A stretch of DNA of 32,000 nucleotides. Source: Erysipelotrichaceae bacterium. GTDB taxonomy: Bacteria > Bacillota_I > Bacilli_A > Erysipelotrichales > Erysipelotrichaceae. The stretch spans positions 1,470,001 through 1,502,000 of the forward strand of contig OY781039.1 of NCBI GenBank assembly GCA_963676105.1, given 5' to 3'. Every line of letters starts with the position of its first letter. Within the stretch, counting starts at the first letter, position 1. Shown one piece after another: positions 25,423 to 32,000 of this stretch. A program made the position numbers and the translations under genes. The notes beneath the pieces are model-generated. The model saw nothing but the letters and a program-made list of their open reading frames with translations, was not told the origin of the DNA and ran no database searches.

Positions 25423-26769
25423 ATGACGGGGATCGAATATTATTACAACGATGTATGGTCTAAAACAAAAGACTTATTAAAAAATGACACTTCAATTGGT
25501 AAGTTGGTTTATGATACTTATTTTGAAAATTCAAAATTAGTGTTTTTAAACGAAAAACGAGCAGTTGTTGAAGTTCCAACCAATCTTGAGAAGATGATTT
25601 TATCTCAAAAAACCGAGCTTATTGAAGCTCTTTTAAGCATCAATGTTGATCATCAAGTTCAAGTTGAAATTCAGTTGTTGGATGAAAATCCTCAAGTTTT
25701 TGAAAATTCAATTCCTTCTGTATATGAAGATGATGGTGTTTTAGCTGAATACACCTTTGAAAATTTTATCGTTGGTCCAAGTAATAAAGAAGCTCATTCT
25801 GCTTCATTGGCTTGTGCTTATACTCCTGGTAAATTTTATACACCACTATTTATATATGGTAATTCTGGTTTAGGAAAAACACATTTATTAAATTCTGTTG
25901 GTAATTATATTAAAGAAAACGATCCATCTAAGAAGGTTTTCTATACATCTACTATGGATTTTGTGACATTGGTGGTTAATTCTATTAAAAATGGAACGAT
26001 TGATCAATTTAAGCAAAACATGAATAAATTAGATGTTTTATTGATGGATGATATTCAATTTATTGCTGGTAAAGAAAAATCACATGAAGTGTTTTTTACA
26101 ATTTTTAATGAACTTGTTAATCGTAAAAAACAAATTGTTTTAACTAGTGATCGATCACCAATTGAAATAAAAGGTTTAGAAGAACGTTTAATCAGTCGAT
26201 TCGCTTCTGGTTTATCAGTTGGTTTGGACTCACCTGAATTTGAAACATCTTTAGCAATATTAAAACATCGATTAGAAACACAATCTGTTGATCCAAATTT
26301 TGTATCTGATGAAGCATTGGCTTATATTGCGACAAATTTTTCTAAAGATGTTCGAAATTTAGAAGGTGCATTAAATCGTTTATTGTTTTATTCTATTAAT
26401 TTCAATAACGGACAAATGATTGATTTCAAAGTCGCATTAAATGCATTTAAAGGTACTCGAGGTTCTAATGATACCCAAGAGGTTAATGTAAATAAAATAA
26501 AAAGAGTTGTTGCAGATTATTATGGTTTAACTAAACAACAATTAGTATCAAATTCACGCACTAAAAATATCGCAAGTGCTCGACATATATCTATGTATTT
26601 TTGTCGAAAAATATTAGACTTACCATTTGCGAAAATAGGTGAAGAATTTGGTAAGAGAGATCACTCAACTGTTATTAATGCTTGCGAACGAGTTGAAGCT
26701 TCAATTAAAAAAGATAATAATTACAGACAAGCAATTATTGAATTAGAAAAATTGATTAATAAAACTTAA
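25423..26769 (+). CDS. dnaA: Chromosomal replication initiator protein DnaA
   Basis: Start is placed at ATG 25423 after SD GAAGGAAG, and the 24-aa upstream extension in the track is rejected. Walker A is GNSGLGKTHLL, Walker B is LLMDDIQF, and the C-terminal DNA-binding helix is ARHISMYFCRKILDLPFAKIGEEFGKRDHSTVINA. Confidence 0.96.
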   Translation: MTGIEYYYNDVWSKTKDLLKNDTSIGKLVYDTYFENSKLVFLNEKRAVVEVPTNLEKMILSQKTELIEALLSINVDHQVQVEIQLLDENPQVFENSIPSVYEDDGVLAEYTFENFIVGPSNKEAHSASLACAYTPGKFYTPLFIYGNSGLGKTHLLNSVGNYIKENDPSKKVFYTSTMDFVTLVVNSIKNGTIDQFKQNMNKLDVLLMDDIQFIAGKEKSHEVFFTIFNELVNRKKQIVLTSDRSPIEIKGLEERLISRFASGLSVGLDSPEFETSLAILKHRLETQSVDPNFVSDEALAYIATNFSKDVRNLEGALNRLLFYSINFNNGQMIDFKVALNAFKGTRGSNDTQEVNVNKIKRVVADYYGLTKQQLVSNSRTKNIASARHISMYFCRKILDLPFAKIGEEFGKRDHSTVINACERVEASIKKDNNYRQAIIELEKLINKT

Positions 26770-26771
26770 TC

Positions 26772-26900
26772 TTATCAACATCATTCCACTAACTATAAAC
26801 AGTAAAAAAATGATAAAATACACTTATATTAAAGGGTTTTCACAAGTTATACACATTATCAACACCCTTAATAGTAATAATAATTCCTTTAATAACTAGG
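26772..26900. other. oriC: oriC downstream module: DnaA boxes plus AT-rich candidate unwinding region between dnaA and dnaN
   Basis: One-mismatch boxes are TTATCAACA (26772-26780) and an abutting pair TTATACACA/TTATCAACA (26847-26864). These are followed by CCC, then TTAA, then TAG TAA TAA TAA (26872-26883) and further AT-rich sequence. Confidence 0.7.
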
Positions 26901-26910
26901 AGGCTAGTTC

Positions 26911-28032
26911 ATGAATTTCAAAATTTCTAAACGCGTATTCTTCAATGGATTATCGGTTGTTAGCCGAGCAATTTCGGCAAATTCACCTTTACCTTGGTTA
27001 TCAGGTGTAAAGATTGATGTTAAATCAGATCACATTACTTTAACTGGTAGTGATTCTGATGTTTCTATTCAAAAAGTATTAGAAAAATCTAATAGTGATT
27101 CAGTTTTTGAAATCATTGAAGAAGGTTCAATTGTTATTGAAGCAAAATATATTTTAGAAATTGTTAGAAAAATAGATGCTGATGAAATTACATTAGAAGT
27201 TGTTGATGGTTCATTAACAAAAATCAGTGGTCATTCTGCAGAATTTAATATTAATGGTATGAAAGCTAGTGATTATCCTGATATTGATTTTTCAAAACCT
27301 AGTACAGAACTTAGTATTCCAGCTGATCGTTTATTAAAATTAATTACTCAAACAAGTTTTGCGACAAGCGACAAAGAAACACGTCCTGTATTGACAGGTG
27401 TTAATTTTAAAGCTGAAGGTAGTCAATTAGAATGTGTCGCAACAGATTCATTTAGATTAGCTAAAAAAGTGATTGAATTAAAAACTCCACAAAACTTTAA
27501 TATTACAATTCCAGCAAAAAGTTTAGGTGAGGTTGCGAAAACTATTGAAAAAGATGAGGAAGTTGTGGTTTGTGTCAGTGATAAGAAAGCTCAATTCTGG
27601 TTTGATGATACAGTTATTCAAACTCGTTTAATTGATGGTTTATATCCAGAAACCTCACGTTTAATACCAACTGAATTTAATTATGAACTTACAATGGACT
27701 CTCGTGATTTATTAAATGCGATTGATCGTGCTTCTTTTATTAAAAGTGAAGGTATTTCAATTATTAAACTTAGCGCAAGCCAAGGTGAAATTACTGTTTC
27801 AACTAAATCACAAGAAGTTGGATCATCACGTGAAAATTTGAATCCAATTAAATATACTGGTAACCCATTAGAAATTTCATTTAGTGGACGTTATGTCTTT
27901 GATGCAGTTCGTGTTTTAAATGGTTCTGTTATTAAAATTTCCTTTACTGGAGAAATGAAACCATTTATTATCAAAAACGCTGAAGATGACTCAATTTTAC
28001 AACTTATTTTACCAGTTAGAACATACTCTTAA
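26911..28032 (+). CDS. dnaN: DNA polymerase III subunit beta (sliding clamp)
   Basis: 373 aa with three-domain clamp length, SD AGGAGG, conserved ETRPVLTGVNF and C-terminal LILPVRT. Confidence 0.96.
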   Translation: MNFKISKRVFFNGLSVVSRAISANSPLPWLSGVKIDVKSDHITLTGSDSDVSIQKVLEKSNSDSVFEIIEEGSIVIEAKYILEIVRKIDADEITLEVVDGSLTKISGHSAEFNINGMKASDYPDIDFSKPSTELSIPADRLLKLITQTSFATSDKETRPVLTGVNFKAEGSQLECVATDSFRLAKKVIELKTPQNFNITIPAKSLGEVAKTIEKDEEVVVCVSDKKAQFWFDDTVIQTRLIDGLYPETSRLIPTEFNYELTMDSRDLLNAIDRASFIKSEGISIIKLSASQGEITVSTKSQEVGSSRENLNPIKYTGNPLEISFSGRYVFDAVRVLNGSVIKISFTGEMKPFIIKNAEDDSILQLILPVRTYS

Positions 28033-28041
28033 AACAAGCCC

Positions 28042-28068
28042 ACACCCTTATAAAAAGGGTGTTTTTTT
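28042..28068 (+). terminator. Intrinsic terminator after dnaN
   Basis: ACACCCTT-ATAAA-AAGGGTGT followed by TTTTTT. Confidence 0.85.
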
Positions 28069-28069
28069 A

Positions 28070-28078
28070 TGGTATAAT
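28070..28078 (+). promoter_or_regulatory. Extended -10 promoter for yaaA-recF-gyrB-gyrA
   Basis: TGgTATAAT lies immediately after the dnaN terminator, 34 nt before the yaaA ATG. Confidence 0.55.
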
Positions 28079-28111
28079 TATCGTGTGTTTGTATAAGAAA
28101 GAAGGCTTAAA

Positions 28112-28311
28112 ATGGTCCGTATTACAACGCCATATGTTACCTTAGGACAAGTCCTAAAAATGTTGGATTATATCTCCTCTGGTGGTGAAGCTAAACATGC
28201 GGTAAAAGTATTAGATATTGAAGTAAATGGAGAAGCTGAAAATCGTCGAGGACGTAAACTTTATCCAGGTGATGAAGTAGTTATCGAGGGTAATCATCAT
28301 ACAATTCAAAA

Positions 28312-28315
<4 letters not shown>
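28112..28315 (+). CDS. yaaA: S4-like RNA-binding protein YaaA
   Basis: 67 aa containing ITLGQVLKMLDYISSGGEAKHAVK..VNGEAENRRGRKLYPGDEV. It occupies the conserved position between dnaN and recF and has an ATGA overlap with recF. Confidence 0.85.
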
Positions 28316-31315
<3,000 letters not shown>

Positions 31316-31326
31316 GGGAGACATTT

Positions 31327-32000
31327 ATGGAAGAAAAACAATATGATCGTATAAAAGACATAAATATCTCATCTGAAATGAAAACATCCTTCTTGGATTA
31401 TGCGATGAGCGTTATTGTTCAACGTGCATTACCAGATGTAAAAGATGGCTTGAAACCAGTTCACCGTCGTATTTTATATGCGATGAATGATTTGGGAATG
31501 ACTGCAGACAAACCATTCAAGAAATCCGCACGTATCGTTGGGGATGTTATTGGTAAATACCATCCACACGGTGATACTGCTGTTTATGACACAATGGTCC
31601 GTATGGCTCAAGACTTTTCATATCGTTATATGTTAGTTGATGGTCACGGTAACTTTGGTTCTATTGATGGTGATGGTGCAGCTGCGATGCGTTACACAGA
31701 AGCTCGTATGTCAAAAATCGCCATGGAAATGGTTCGTGATATTAACAAAGAAACAATTGATTTCCAAGATAACTACGATGGTGAAGAACAAGAACCGGTG
31801 GTACTACCATCACGTTTTCCTAATGTCCTAGTTAATGGGGCAACTGGTATTGCGGTTGGGATGGCGACAAACATACCGCCTCACAACTTAAGTGAAACCA
31901 TTGATGCGACAATCGCGGTTATGGAAAACCCTGAGATTTCAATTCTTGAACTCATGGAATCTTATATTTTTGGACCTGATTTTCCAACTGGTGCCTTTAT
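31327..32000 (+). CDS. gyrA: DNA gyrase subunit A, 5' partial (runs off the window; absent from the ORF track)
   Basis: Manual translation from ATG 31327 (SD GGGGAG) gives [53 protein letters not shown]...[17 protein letters not shown]...[11 protein letters not shown]. The last segment holds the catalytic Tyr. Confidence 0.95.
   Translation, partial: MEEKQYDRIKDINISSEMKTSFLDYAMSVIVQRALPDVKDGLKPVHRRILYAMNDLGMTADKPFKKSARIVGDVIGKYHPHGDTAVYDTMVRMAQDFSYRYMLVDGHGNFGSIDGDGAAAMRYTEARMSKIAMEMVRDINKETIDFQDNYDGEEQEPVVLPSRFPNVLVNGATGIAVGMATNIPPHNLSETIDATIAVMENPEISILELMESYIFGPDFPTGAF

Overview
This AT-rich window uses the standard genetic code (long ORFs close on UGA, so UGA is not read as Trp). It is the chromosomal replication-origin region of a low-GC Bacillota-type bacterium. 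The core synteny is jag-yidC-rnpA-rpmH on the minus strand, then a DnaA-box cluster, then dnaA-dnaN-yaaA-recF-gyrB-gyrA on the plus strand. A second DnaA-box and AT-rich module sits between dnaA and dnaN, giving a bipartite oriC. Left of the origin almost every gene is on the minus strand, co-directional with replication. In order from the origin these are pth-mfd-yabO(rqcP)-divIC and then gpmI. Next comes a LacI-regulated alpha-galactoside locus: lacI-family regulator, CUT1-type ABC binding protein, two permeases, GH36 alpha-galactosidase, galK and a sugar-1-P nucleotidyltransferase. After it come tmk-holB-ricT(yaaT)-rsmI and a T-box-controlled metG. Plus-strand exceptions are nudF with a PAT-like GNAT, and two tandem YczE-like membrane-protein paralogs. 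I see no CRISPR array, IS or transposase, integrase, prophage, toxin-antitoxin pair or recognisable defence genes, and no unexplained gap longer than about 540 nt (that gap is oriC). I therefore cannot support a claim of a clearly novel multi-gene system here. The items most worth follow-up are: (1) galK translationally coupled to an NTP-transferase where galT is normally found; (2) a plus-strand -10 box, 5' hairpin and intrinsic terminator forming a candidate ~70-nt cis-antisense RNA in the lacI/binding-protein spacer; (3) two or three genes whose ATG sits exactly 6-8 nt after a (TGn)TATAAT-type -10 box, which is leaderless geometry; (4) a textbook-like DnaA-box pair, GC cluster and TA(G/A) trio arrangement upstream of dnaN. 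rpmH and the 5' part of gyrA are real genes missing from the supplied ORF track. Several track ORFs have spurious N-terminal extensions.
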